A stretch of 57,214 bases of DNA, filler included, from Dirinaria sp. TL-2023a (taxonomy: Eukaryota), in assembly GCA_051941275.1 (NCBI GenBank). It is 4 parts of 4 records of this genome, joined end to end, with 100 filler letters (N's around TTAATTAATTAA, not from the genome) between each part and the next. Parts side by side here need not be neighbours in the genome. Positions count along the whole stretch, not along the records: positions 1 to 14,253 come from JAVEBF010000613.1; 3 more parts are not named here. One strand, 5' to 3'. Below the pieces are notes generated by a model. The model worked only from the letters and a program-made list of their open reading frames with translations, was not told the origin of the DNA and made no database searches. Positions 1 to 13,200 of the stretch are shown piece by piece. Positions within the stretch are counted from its first letter, which is position 1. The number at the start of each line of letters is the position of its first letter. Position numbers and translations under genes: made by a program.

Positions 1-323
1 AAAAAAAAAAAACAAAAAACCAACAACAAATGAAAACAAATCCCAAAATCACTCCCCCCCCCGGGCGACTCCATCACATTTCATTCTTTTCTCCCCCTTT
101 CCCTCCCTCTTCTTGAATTTATCTGAATCCACTCCCAACTCCTGAGTCCGCCGCAAAACTCCAATATGTCCTGAACTTCGCATGCCATGATTCAATAAGG
201 TAGAGTAAGGTAACCTCCCCAGAACCCATAACTCGTTCCAAGACGTGAAAAAAAAAAAAAAAAAAAAAAAACGCCTGTGACCCCCCCAACATGCATGCAT
301 GGAAAACCCTTTTCGAAACTTTA

Positions 324-1615
324 CTACTGCATACCCATGCCATTCATACCCATACCGTTCATCCCGTTCATATTCAAACCGCCCATAGCGCCATTGGGAA
401 CTTGACCACCACCGCCAGCACCACCGCCGCCGCCGCCGTTGACACCCATTTGCATACCACCGCCCATACCATTGACGCCGGCCATGCCTCCCATCTGCGC
501 CTGCATCATCAGCCGGTGATGTTCTAAATTATTTTGCTGCTGCTTGGCCAGCGCCTGCCGCGCCATGGTCTGCGCATAAGCCAGGGTTTGTGTATGCACC
601 TGCTGCCTCTTGTCGTGCGGGATCTCGCCACCCATGTTGTGCTGGATCCTTTGGATCTGGGTAGTGTAGATTTGTTTTTGGAGGTGATGGAACTGCTGCT
701 GCATCTGCATTTGGCTGGGCATAGCGGGGCGCGGTTGGCCCGGGTGGGTTTGAGGCTGCTGCGCTGGATGCTGTTGCTGACCCGGATGAGGTTGAGGAGG
801 TTGGCCGGGGTAAGGAGAGGTAATGTGGCCGTTCATTTGCTGGTGCTGTTGTTTGCGGACGTTGTCCTGGTAGGCCACTTGTTGGACCAGACGTTGTTGT
901 GGATGCTGCTGCTGGTGGTACATTTGCACGCGTTCGGGGGATATTGGACCTGGAGGGGAATTCTGCATCTGATGTGCTATTTGCTGGTGCTCGAGCGCCC
1001 GTGCGCGTTGCGTCATTTTCTGCTGCTCCTGTTTTTGTTGCACGCGGCGGATGTGCTCAGGTGTCATGTGAGGGTGGCTGAGGCCGATATGCTGAGCAGC
1101 TATAGTATTAGGCGCCATGACTGGGGTTTGTGCCATCGTGTTAGATGGACTCGCGTGAGTCATCCGTGAAACGGGAGTAGATGCGCCCATGACTGGCGTC
1201 GCTTGATGCATGTTTGGAGTCCCAGCCTGCATTGGAGTGCCTCTTCGGCTTTGTCCTTGTTGACTACGCTGATGTACCATGGCAACACCGCCAGATTGAG
1301 GATGTGCATGTTGCATCGCTGAAGGCGGCCTCCCAGGGCTACTGGCAATCCCAGGGCCCGCAGAAGTTACATTTATCGGCTGGCTTGTCGCAGGCTGACC
1401 CACGTGGCTCAATGAGGGAGAGGCAACATTGTGAGGAGTCATATTACGGACAATGGGCGATTGATGGGCTTGAGAGGCTGGAACCATAGGGGGTTGCGAG
1501 CTCGGCATGACAGTATTCAGAACTGGGGTCTGTGATGCCCGATTCTGAATCGGCGCTGCCCGCTGCGGCTGCTGCTGGCGCATCTGCTGCGGAACGGCCT
1601 GCTGCTGGGCGACCG

Positions 1616-1649
<34 letters not shown>

Positions 1650-3399
1650 TAATTGCCGTCGTTGCTGCTCGCGCACAGCCTCCAGCGTTGCCTGGTTTTG
1701 GTTTGCTTTTAATTGCATACCCTCAAGCCGGGCTTGCTGTTCTTGAGCTTGGCGAGCCTCCTGTGCAAGATGTTGCTCTCGAGCATGCCTTGCCTCATTC
1801 TCTTTGTCGGCCTTCGCTTTCGCCGCAGCTTGCATGGCGTTTCGTTGTTCGTTTTGCTCCCGCTCCCGCTGTTTCTTAGCATGTTGCTCCGCTTTAATTT
1901 GTTCTATCAGCTTGAACCTTTCAAATCGAGGCTCGAAGCCCGCAACGCCAGTTTCACTGTCAGCTACGTTGGGTTTGCCTGAGGCAACTCCTGCTGCCGA
2001 AGGCGCAAGCCTTTCGTCCATGATCAGCATGAAACGTTGTTCCTGCGCAGCCAAAGCCTCATCCGCTGCCAATTCAGCGACCGTTCTCTTGCGTGTTTTC
2101 GGCGCAGGGTACTCCTCTTTATGCTGAGGGTCGGTTAAACTGTTGATTAGTATATCCGCTTCTTCGAGGCTTCCTACAAGATCTAGACACAGTGGCCCTG
2201 CCATGGCTTCGATGAGGCGACTTTCGAAACCTCTTATATCTTTTGCACCAACAAGAGTCTTTTGTTTTTTATTAGGAGGACCAGCAGTGGAAGGTGTTAG
2301 AGGAGCGGCAGATAATGGAGTAGGTGGATGAGGCATGGTCGCTGAAGCTGGTGTGCGAGGTACATTCCCGATTGTAGATTGTTTGCGATTGACAGACCGA
2401 GAGTCGGGCGTTGTAGCGTAATATGCAAGCTCGGCCTGTAATGACAAAGGTGTGGGAAATAACACAGTAGTGAACTTGCTAACGGAATCTTTCGTGGTTG
2501 TGCTGTGACTTGAGGATTCTGCGTGCGCAGGAACTTTGCCAATGCCGGCAGCTGCGCCAGCTATCGGCTCTCCTTTAGCGTCTCTATCGTCCGCACCCGC
2601 ATTGGTAGACTCGGGGTGTGGCACATATGGCGACGGGATAAGATGCTCGTCGTGGTTATGTATTGAAAAGGGTAGCTTTTTGTCGTTGGAGGGACTAGTC
2701 TTAGAGCCTAACGAGGCAGCAGCTGTCCGATGATCGATTACCTGAACAATCAGACAACCTGCGATGTCTGCGTCAGCTCCAATAAAAGCAACGCGGATTC
2801 GACCTTAATACTTTCGTAAAACTTGACTCCGCCCGCTATGAGCTCCTCCATCATATCGTGAGGCACTGTCTCATTCTTTATGTGTTCGAGAAGGAATCTC
2901 ATGGGTGAATTATAGGAGAATGTACCATCTTGTTGATCGAAACGAAAGTGTGTGGGGTGAAGATGGAGTATAACAGATGGAGGATGTTTTCTGTATTTTC
3001 GCATGATGTAGGAACTGGTTTTGACTAGTTTCGCATTTTGTTCAGTGCCTAGTCTTGACTACTCAACCAGTACAGCATTCAGATATTGAGCTTACCATAT
3101 GGCTCGGAAACCTTCTTCTGAACCCTCCGGTCTCCATCTTGGCCAGGCTTTCCAGATTTGGGATCTCTCCTTCGGGCGCTGCTGCGAGGTCCTGTTCCAC
3201 TTATAGCGCCGTTAATTCCATTGATGTTTGTTGCGCTCGGTGGGTGCTTAGACGCGGATGGAGCGCGCATTGAGCCGAGAGGCGATGGGGAAGGCTGGGA
3301 GGATCTTTCACCATTCATGCCTGTTTGGACAGCTGGTGGTGGTGGGCGTTTCATCTTCTGGTGAGAGGGCGGAGGTTTGGTCACAATAGCGGTTGCCAT
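324..3399 (-). CDS. SPT20: SAGA complex subunit Spt20 (3 exons: ~3399-3096, 3024-2812, 2758-324)
   Basis: Splicing at GT..AG joins the ORFs into the Spt20 signature ([33 protein letters not shown]...[10 protein letters not shown]...[13 protein letters not shown]...[12 protein letters not shown]...PLCLD...[11 protein letters not shown]...[15 protein letters not shown]), followed by a long Q/P/M/G-rich tail. Confidence 0.9.
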
Positions 3400-4219
3400 C
3401 TTCGCTACCAGCCTTTGCTTGAGCTTGGCTTAGGCGGTTCGCGGAGCAATATTCCGTCGTATACGAGCGTCTGTGACCTAGAAAGGCTCATAGACCGCCC
3501 GCACGCTGTTTTGATACCTTTGAAGCGACATGTGAAGCTGTAGGCGACCGATGGTCAGTACTCTTGGACCAATGATCATAGGAATTTGTGAGTGGTGGAA
3601 AAAGGTCTTCAAGACGACACATTCAGTGTGGCACTTGCGTACGTTGCTGCAACATAAGCAAAATGTTCATTGTTGAGAAGTTGTTGAAGATAGAAGTACC
3701 TCACATCGACGGAGGTAAGGTTACAGTAGTAATGTACCCTTGTAGACATCCGGCTCGGAAGATCTATTAGCCGCTGGAACTAGCCTGATTTGTTCTTCGG
3801 CTTCCTGTAAGTACATATTAGGTAATCAAGGATCCAAGTTGGAGATTGCTTGCATGCGAGTACCTTATGCCTCTCTCCTTCTACGTATGCCTACCTTAGC
3901 ATGCTTACTTATAGGTACATTTTTGCCGAGTAGGATTATTGCGATTCCGGTACTGTATTGCTTATTACTGGCAATCTTACCCTTTTTCAGGTACAGGTAG
4001 CTTTAAGCTTAGGTACTCAATTATCCAAGTAATGTAGCGTCCAAATATGGGGAGAGTACCTAAACCGACAGTGCTGACTCCTGTGCTTAAATATATGGCA
4101 ATATCTCCTCGCTCGTCATGAGTTTTATTCCCCAGTACTGGAAATTCGATTTCATCCCTCAAATCTTCTATGGTGACCCTTCTCCATAGACACGCGAGCC
4201 ATCCATCTTCAGCCTACCT

Positions 4220-5529
4220 CTAGTCATGCCCTCTGACAACCCTCCTCCAATGATCTCCCACCATCAGACCCTCCACAACTTCCACTCCCTTCCCAAGGCC
4301 TATCCGGGAGTCGCCTCGCCACCACTTCTCTCCCTCGACAACTCTGTTGGCTTTTTCGTCTTCGCTGTCCACCAGGCCTCCGTGTCCGCTCTCGTCGCCA
4401 ACCACAATCACGATCTGCCTTACCCAATTGTTGATCTGCGTAATTACAGCACCATTTGAGCCCGTCAATGGTTCTTGGATATACACTATGTCCGGGCCCA
4501 GATGGCGCAGGAGATGGACATGGCCTTCAGGCGTGGTGAAGGGCATGATCATTGTTTCCTTCTCCACGAGGCTTTGAGCCTCCGCATACAATTTCTCGAA
4601 CTTTTTCGAGCGTGGAGGGGAGGAGATGGGGCGCGGATCGAGAGTTTCGAGAGGTCGATCATCCGAGTGGCTTTGGGCATCCTCGTGACCAATGTTGGAG
4701 TATGAGGAGGTCATGGACATTGAGGGTTGAGACACCTGCTGCCCACTGGAAAGTGGATGATGTGCAAGCTCTGGCGCGTATATAAGTACAAAGAGGCGAG
4801 TTTCATCGTCGACGTGTGAAGGGAGGTGGGATAGAATAGACTACCGAGCGTTAGGTTCGAGCGAGATGAGGGAGGCGGGACACTAACAGCGTGCTCCTGA
4901 TGATACGAGCCTTCTTCATTGCGAGCATCAGCATCCTCCTCTGCAGACAATACGACAGCGACGGTCTTCTTCCTTGTTTGCTCCTTGGTACTCTTCGCGG
5001 GTCCCCTGGTTTCAGTCACCCTCGTCTCCGCTTCTTCTGACCACCTTGAATGATCCTCAAAGTCCTTTTTGTCTTCCTCCCTAATCGATGACAGCGCGCC
5101 ACCGACGGCAGCTCCAGCTGCTGTAACACCTGCTACCACCCTCCGACTCGCCCCATCGAAGATCTGCTGCGGGCTTGGCGTTCTTCGTATCGCTCCCGAC
5201 ATCCGCGCAAGCATGCTCTGGTCTTCCGGAGGCGGATATGCTGGACCAGTACCAGGATTTGGACCGTAAGAAGATTGTCCTAAACCCACACTTGAACCAC
5301 CGTAGCTAGGGGGAGGAGGGCCATCGTTGCGACGATCGGAGTCCACATGATCGTAGTCCTCATTGTCTTCATTTTCTTTACGCTCGCTCCAAATCCACGC
5401 TGCGATACCAACAGCGGCAGCTGTGACGGTTACCGCAAGGGGAATCCAGTATCCGAATGCGCTCCGTCGCGTGGACGCGCCATATGTCGAGCGGCGTTGG
5501 CGCTCGTAGCGGTCGTAGGAGTATGACAT
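4220..5529 (-). CDS. Fungal peroxin 22-like membrane protein (2 exons, intron ~4887-4841)
   Basis: N-terminal TM helix (GYWIPLAVTVTAAAVGIAAWIWSER). Exon 2 reads SILSHLP...LFVLIYAP...MIMPFTTPEGHVHLLRHLGP...GGLVDSEDE...RIGLGKGVEVVEG, typical of the Pezizomycotina PEX22-like/FAM1 family. Intron has GTTAGT donor, CTAAC branch site and TAG acceptor. Confidence 0.75.
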
Positions 5530-6148
5530 TTTTACCAACCTCTGGTATCGTTATGCAGAGCCTGAAGCTTTGCTTATAAGAATCCGGTTTTATGGTTGAA
5601 GCAGCATGCAGTAGATCAGGTTGTCTCCATTTCAGACATGATTTCAGCTTAGCAATTGAGCTAGGAATGCGAGGCTGTAGCGGTGTTTGGTGATGCGGTC
5701 GAGGGTTGACGCAGGGACCATTGGGCCAAGAGCCGAGCCTTGGCACGCTAAGGGCTCGAAGGAAGTCGTCAAGGTCGTCTTGTACAAAAAAGTAACATGA
5801 ATTGAGACAATCTTACAATTCTACTCTAATCTATCTTCATGCGCTAGTTTGCGAACTCTGCTTAGATGAGCTCACCTGATTTCATACTCGTTTCGCGGAT
5901 AATTACCACGCATGCAGCGTAACCTTTCGACCGCCCAGAGGAAGAGGGAATCATTTCCTTTGATCGAGCGTTTGCTGAGTTCTAAACCGAGAAAACAGTC
6001 AAGTCTTCAACCAGCTCTAAGGTAATGAGTTTCCAAATTACTCTCATCTACTAGTTTCCTTTTGGTGCACTTTCAACCCACCTGCGTTCCTTTTTGCAAG
6101 CGCCATTGCTCTTGATGTAACACGGTCTGATTGTCTTCTTTCGACATT

Positions 6149-9100
6149 TCATGTCTGGACTTCTTCACCACCGTCGTTTTTACTCCTACGGGCCTCCCAA
6201 TTATCCAGTAAGCGCCCCACTTCCTTGAAAGAGACTGGTTTTGTCAAGAAAAGGTCAACGCCACTCTTAAAAGCTTCCGCCTGATCTCGACTTGACGCCA
6301 AGCCTGTTAATGCTATAATAAGGGCTTGCTGCGGTCCCTGTCCATCCAGACTTTGCCCATCGTTCTGCGCTACTCTCCGCGTTCGCTCAATCTCTCGGAT
6401 GGCTCGTGTAGCTTCGAAACCGTTCATGACCGGCATAGATATATCCATGAGAATGATATCGTAGCCCTCGTCATGCGCCATAGCTGCTTCCACCGCAAGC
6501 TGGCCGTTCTCTGCAGAATCCACGAATTGGTATTTTCTCTTGCGCATAAAAGTTTCGAGCAAACGGAGATTGATCTTGTTGTCATCAACAAGAAGTAGTC
6601 GCGGCGGACGATCTATTGCAGCGGATGAAGAGAGTGCAGAATCATCGGTCCTCTTCGGTTCCAATGCCCCTGTACCTGTTTGTATCATCTCTCGTGAAGC
6701 TGTTTGGCCAGGTCTCTGATTCATTGCGGTAGCAAGTGCTCCGGTCTTCGTTACTGCAGACGAGGTAGGGAAAATGGTCGCACCTACTGGTTCCGTAGCT
6801 CTTTGAATCAGAGGAGGTCGCCTTGATTCTCTCTTTACGAGATCTGGTCTCGATTGCTGAGCCTTGGCATCGCTGTGCTGCTGAGTGCTCTGAGACGGAA
6901 ACGGGAAATCCTCACGCCGACTTTTTGAAATATGTTCGTCGTAAGGAGAAGATACGCGAATGGAACTACCTGAGGGCGAGTCAGTGTCCCTAAAAGAAAG
7001 CTGTGACGAGCGCCCTTCTGCTTGAACATTAGGCTGTCCAAGGCTAGGACCTATCGTTGTCGTATCCGATTCGATAGGGCTTTCAGGCGGAAATGTGTCT
7101 CTAGCATCGGCCTCTTCTTCGGAAAGCCCCTTGGCTTTCTCCAAGCAGAGGAAGATCGCTTTTGCAAGCTTGTATGGCCCAAATGGCTTTGATACGAACT
7201 CCGAAATAGTCGATTTGTGGACGTGAGAGGGTACTTGAGGTCGAGCAGCTCCGCAAAGCACAACCATTGGACGCCGATCAAGGTTCAAAGCCCACAGAGC
7301 ATGTAGATCCTTCTCATCAACAATAATAACATCCACTGCTACAGATAAGCTGTGTGTAAGCTGGAGGCTATACCAATCTTTGATATACGAATGGAGGACA
7401 CGACAGCGCTGGCTGTTTAGCGACACCGGCGCTTTGTCACACAAAAAACCATACAAGGCGACCATCTTGCCAGTATATTCCGATTGCAAGCTCTGCAATG
7501 AGGTGACAGTACTGCTTGTGGAAGCAATCGTGCTTGGTGTCGACTTGGGCGTATCTGTACCCGGTAGCTTCATCAGCGGTACTCGCACAGTGACTAGTGT
7601 TCCTTTCCCAACTTGGCTTTGGAAATCAATAGTCCCGTTGAGCACATTCACGATACTTTTGACAATACTCAACCCCAAGCCCACGCCTGTTGCCAGAATA
7701 TCTTCTTGAGAGAACGCTGATATCCAATATCAGCATGAGCTAAGCAACAGCACTTTGCAACCATTTACTCACCTGTGTAGAGATTATTCTGTAAATACGT
7801 ACTTGATATCCCCTTTCCCGTATCTTTAATCGTCATTATCAGCATCTTCTCGTCAGGATTAGGCTCGGCGCCTGATTCTATCTCGTCAAGTCGAAGGCTA
7901 ACTATGATTGATCCCTTTTCAGTATATTTCTAGAGCCTGCATTAGTCTCCCTCTTCCTGAATTCCAAGACATCATATGCTAACCAGACTGTTCCCAAAGA
8001 GATTCATCATGATCTATTCAAAGCAGAAGATTAGCGTAAATTGCTGATTTAATGGCGCAAAGTGCTCCCACCCTACGCAGTGCACCGGGCTGAGTTGTGA
8101 AAACATAGTCACCCCGGGAGATATCTAGAATGACATCGACGTCTTTAGCCACCAGTGGGATCTTGGATTCTCTCCGGAGCGCTCGTCGGGAAGGGCCGAG
8201 TCCATGTGACAGTATTTTGCCTTTAGTCTCCGAGGACATATATGCAATTTCTGTGGAGCTTATGTCTTGATATACCTGTCCTGCATAAACACCTTCAACG
8301 ACCTCTTCGGCGATAGCAGCAACATCAGTAGTCGCATAGATACTCATCAAAGGCGGTGCTTCTCTGTTGGATGGGGTTGCGATGGCAGACTTCGTTCTCA
8401 TTGAGATCGTCGTTTTTTGCGCACGCGTTTGGCGAGCGTTGAGCCAGACTCTCTCGTAAGCATTTATTTTGCTGTAATCTAGTATGTGATTGACAGTATC
8501 GAGCAAAGTGCGGCCGCAACTCGAGATTGTGTCAATGAGACTATTCTGAAACGTATCGAACTCTGTATCGGCCAAAAATTCCGCACTCGCCAGAATGCCA
8601 TGGAGTGGGGACCTCAACTCGTGCGAAATAGAACCGATAAAGTCGCCCTTCTTCCGTTCTGCAGCGATGTACGCTAACCTGTTTGCTTCCGCCATGACGC
8701 TATTGCCGAAAGTCATCAAAAAGCTCAGTTCTGCGTCCATCGAGAAAATCTGTCGAACAGTAGTTGCAAAGCAGAAGCAGCCGCCCGACCATTTTGCGGT
8801 ACTGGGGTCCCAGAGTGGTGCCAGGAGAAGTTGGCGGACTACATATTCAGTCAGCAATTTACGCTCGATCTCGAAAAGTCCTAGTCAAGTATCTACACGC
8901 AAAACGTGGGCTCATAGTAGGGGCAAAAAGGTGTGGAATTACCGTTGGGGAAGTGTTGAGCTAGAAGACCTGCTTCCGCGTGCGTTCGTCGATTGCGAAA
9001 CTGTCTAATTCCTACAGCCGAAGGTCCGTCACCTTCAACCAACCTGCCAGTTGCGTCAAAGGTCCATACGTTGCCGCGGGGATAGCGATGCAGGAGATGC

Positions 9101-10484
9101 TGAAGCATGTCCTCCGGTAAGGGAGAGAACATTTCCGCCTTAGCTAGGTCCTTCTTGCCACCAAGAGGCACCTGAGCAGTCGAGAAGCCCATAACATCCG
9201 AGTGCGTGTATGCTTCTTGCTCAGAATATGAGCTATGGAAGGTCCTCTGTCTATTTAGCTTCCTAGGCCAGTCTTCGTTCTCTGCCTCTGAGTCCTCCAT
9301 GTTGGTAAAAGGGGTGTCACTGTGGGCTTTGTGATAGCCCATGTCGGAGTTCATAAAAACCACTCCTCCATGGTCTTGCAATGCCAGTGACTCGCGGAGG
9401 ATGTTAGCAGCCCTGACAAAAGTTGAATGAGGCGATTGATCCTGTACTTGTTTTTCTTCATCTTCGCTGAATTTCGCCTTGGTTGATTTGAGTGTAGTAG
9501 CATCACCGTTGCCATGTGCTTCAGCTGCAGTAGGTACAGCAGGGTTGTGTTGCATTAGATTGTTCCCATGACCCTCGTCTTCTAATTGCTCACCGCTATA
9601 GCCTTCAACTCGGGTGTTCCCGTCCCCTAGCTTGATGAATGAATCGTAGTCCACGCTCGATTTTTCATTCTGGTCTTCGAGATCAATGCTGTCCCGCCCA
9701 TCCTGAAAAGATTGCAATCCTTTGGACATCCTGAAAGATCTTCTTCTCTCTTCAGCTTCACTGTTAAGCTTCATCGTCTGCATAACAATGCGTGCAATTG
9801 TGCCCAGACAATCTTGCTGATCCTCCGTAAGTTCTGGCCGGACTTTGTCATCGATGACGAAAAGACTACCGATATTTACTCCATTCTCAGTTGTTAGAGG
9901 TGTACCAGCGTAGAAGCGGAAGTGAGGTGGTTCAGTGACAAATGGTAGCTGGTTGAAACGCTCGTCTTGGCTGAGATCTGTGACTACGAAGCACGGGTAT
10001 TTTCCAGGCACTGGTGGTAGCTCTACTGTTCTCTATTCTTTTCAGTCGTCGATGCATTGCTGGGTCAAAGAACGTACCTCACAAAGTCTTCCAGCTTTCG
10101 GGACGGACGTACAGCCCACCCATAAACTGTCGCCATCTCGTTCAAATTTACGAGTATCGCTGAGCATCAAAGTTTTTGTGGCTTCGGCGATGAAATACTG
10201 CGTTTCCTTGTCAACTACGCTGTAGAATCGGATCAACTTTGATCTAGATTTTGGAGTATTGGTTGTATTCACCTGATCATTGCTCTTGACGCATCTAAAC
10301 GGAGAGCAGTCAGTTGGGCCAGCGCTGTCAGAGCTGTGTTTGGTGACATCGGGGGCTTCTCGACCAGAGATGCAAGACCTTCGGCATGGTTATCTGAACT
10401 GCCATCGAGACTCTGGCAGTAGCGGAAAAGCTCGCGCTCTCTAATGTAGTCGATCTGACTTTGGTGACTTTTCAAGAAGTCCAT
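6149..10484 (-). CDS. Hybrid sensor histidine kinase (GAF, HisKA, HATPase_c, degenerate receiver, receiver), ~7 exons
   Basis: RERELFRY...LTALAQLTALRL N-terminus; GAF (FRFYAGTPLTT..NIGSLFVID); H-box SISHELRSPLHGIL; N-box MNLFGNSL-KYT; DTGKG and GVGLGLSIV G-boxes; receiver LLVDDNKIN...ILMDISMPVMNG...FLTKP. All ORF pieces join in frame through canonical introns. Confidence 0.92.
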
Positions 10485-12378
10485 GGGTTCAAGTAGCAAA
10501 GTTAATGGCCCTCAGTTGGCTGAAAGGACATGCAATGGATTGTGAGTTCTCAAGAGCGCTGCCGAGAGTCCATCCAAACCCAGGCCGTAAAGGTCGTCAA
10601 GCATGGCGTATAGAATCTGATGCAGGAAGCGACAACTCGAGGGATCTCACAGTAGAAGAAAGGACGCAGAGCGCCTCGATCGTGAATAGATAAGGAATCA
10701 TAATAGTCTTTCGAGAAGCGAGGAGAAACCACAGACATCACCGACGCGCTACGCGTATCGATAAGTAGCAGCTCGTCTTGGTATTCCTTGGCACAAGCGA
10801 GCTTCAGCCACTTGCTCTAGTAAGCTGGAACAATGAAAGCCCGAAGGGGCTTGTATGATATGCAGCAGCGGCTGAGGGGCCGGACCGAAGTATGAAGGAG
10901 GCTCGGGATGTAGGATCGTAGGTAGAGTCATGGTATGTGGATTGAAAGCTCACTCGCTGTGATTACCAGTCAATTTGGTAAGTGAAAAGCCAAAATCGTC
11001 GGTATCCTTTAGAGTAACTTACTAGAAATTATTAATAATCATGTCGATCTAGTGCACTAATGTTGAGAAATCTTCCAGTACTACGCAACCTACGAGTCTC
11101 CTTGGTCAAAGACTTCAAGCTCGCAATGATAGCTTGAGTATTTTGTTCTACATCTCCTATAGATCTCCTGCAATTACTATCGCTGGCACTTTTATTCCCG
11201 AATGTGTCTCTAGGCACGGCTGCGTTTTTCATGCATCAAAGCCAGACGACTACAATAATTTCCCATTTCTTCAATACAGACTCTCCTTTTCCCCAGCTCC
11301 CATTCTGCGTAGTGATTTATCAATCATAAAGCTGCAAGCATCCTTCTAGATTGTTTGCCCTGGACGCTTTTGGACGCCTGGATAGGAAGGCTGAAGGTCA
11401 TCACGGTCTTCAAGCCAGAGGTAGGTCCAACCCGTTTCCAAGGTCGTTTACCATGAATAGAAGACGCTGCTAACGCAGCTAAAATTGAGCACCACGGCGG
11501 TTCAAAAGCTACCTTATGTCGGTTCTGAACCACATCGCGACTTATCTTACTGTTGTTTTCTGATAAAGATTCTGTAAACGATGAAAATGTCTATCTGGCG
11601 CAGTGCATACAAGCGCTCAACTCGAGCTTTGCATGAGGTACACTTCGACACGGCATTTCATGTGAAGGCTGCTCAGTCATACGGATGCACGTACGTGCAT
11701 ATAGCAAAGCACTCGATGTTGGTATACGCTCTTTGGCAAGTTGCAAACGATGCGAGTGGCAATCTTCGACGCCAAGTCCTTCCCCACTTTGTGCAGTTGA
11801 GCTTTCGCGGATTTGATTCCTCCTACATGCACATGCAGCCCGGCATACAAAATCCGCAGAAACCGTCGTCGGCACCTAAGAGCGCCAAACAGGCCGAAGA
11901 ATATCTCAGACGTCATCAATGCGCAATAATTTGGTAGCTCTCCTCCCGTCGCAAAAGATAATTCGGACGGTAAGCCTAACCGATAGCGCTAATCGAACTT
12001 TTGTTTGAAGATCTGCTTTCTTTTACAAGTACTTTTTCCACCCTTCTGATTAGCAATACTACCCTTTGGCCTCGTCGCTAGATGCGTCAAAGATTTTCTT
12101 GGTCTTCAGTGGTATTTAGACGGTGAAAGAGATGTGCAGAGGTACTTAGTTATGGTTCACGCTTGCGGTTAGGCTTACTGTCCGAATCATTAGTCCATCG
12201 GGAGCTATCTACAGTACGGAGTAATCAACCTTCCGTCCCATCATCTTACTTTATAAAACGGCAACTTCTCCAAGCTGTTCTCAGCAAATCCTTTAAATCC
12301 CACAAGACTACAAGAAAATCTAGTCTTCTAAAATTCCTACTTGTGCTATTAATCCGGGAATTCACCTCTTTGGTCGCG

Positions 12379-13200
12379 ATGCCAAACTACGCAATCCTTG
12401 GAGCAACAGGCGCGACTGGTCAAGCGCTCCTGAAGCACCTAACATCGTCTTCCTCTTCATCTGATACAAGAATCAATGCCTACGCGCGGTCCAGGGCAAG
12501 GCTGGAGAAAATGTCTCCCAAGCTCGTCTCGGATCCAAATATCCAGATCTTCGAAGGCAGCCTAGATAATATATCGCTCCTTGCTTCATGCCTTTCCGGC
12601 GTCAGCACTGCCTTCGTCGTCATCGGCGCCAATGTCTCCTACCCCGGAACGCGCATCGTGCAAGAGGCCGTGCACTCCGTTGTAGCCGCACTATGCCATC
12701 TTCGCTCCCAGGATCCCTTCACATCTCTACCCAGAATTCTTCTCCTGTCATCTATTGGTATAAATCCACGCGCACACGAAAACGGACCGGCATTCTTCAA
12801 CTGGCTTCTCCATTCAGCATTGAGTTACTCCTACGAAGACCTCGAATTGGCGCAGTCATATTTGCAGCTGCATAAGTCGTGGCTCAAAGCTGTCTTTATA
12901 CAACCTGGAGCGCTGAGCAATGATGTGGCAAAAGGCCATAGGCTTTGTTCGGACGGAAACACCCAGGGATTTATAAGTTATGCAGATGTGGCAGCGGGAA
13001 TGGTCGAGATCGCGGAGAGAAGTGAAGCAACCAAAGGCGTCGAAGGGGGAGAATTTGATTGGGAACCGGTGGTAATCGCGCCCACGAGTGACAAAGTGGA
13101 TTTCAATTGGGATGCACCGAGAAACCTGGTGAGGGGCTTAGTAGCGCATTTTGTACCTCCAGTGTATTGGGGAATGAAGCGAATTGGCTTGGTACTATAA
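12379..13200 (+). CDS. NAD(P)-binding Rossmann oxidoreductase, AflX/OrdB/MdpK (AvfA-related) family, intronless
   Basis: MPNYAILGATGATGQALL start, FEGSLDNISLLASCL, VFIQPGALSNDVAKGHRL and ISYADVAAGMVEIA closely follow the AflX/OrdB/MdpK pattern. ATG at 12379 preferred over the upstream TTG ORF start. Confidence 0.8.
   Translation: MPNYAILGATGATGQALLKHLTSSSSSSDTRINAYARSRARLEKMSPKLVSDPNIQIFEGSLDNISLLASCLSGVSTAFVVIGANVSYPGTRIVQEAVHSVVAALCHLRSQDPFTSLPRILLLSSIGINPRAHENGPAFFNWLLHSALSYSYEDLELAQSYLQLHKSWLKAVFIQPGALSNDVAKGHRLCSDGNTQGFISYADVAAGMVEIAERSEATKGVEGGEFDWEPVVIAPTSDKVDFNWDAPRNLVRGLVAHFVPPVYWGMKRIGLVL

Noticed and set aside
534..2733. Plus-strand ORFs overlapping SPT20 (e.g. 534-1169, 1532-1879)
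   Set aside because: Antisense shadows of Q/A-rich codons (poly-L, poly-A) with no independent motifs.
11580..12378. AflR-type TCG(N5)CGA site upstream of the AflX/MdpK-like gene
   Set aside because: A manual scan of ~0.8 kb upstream found no match.
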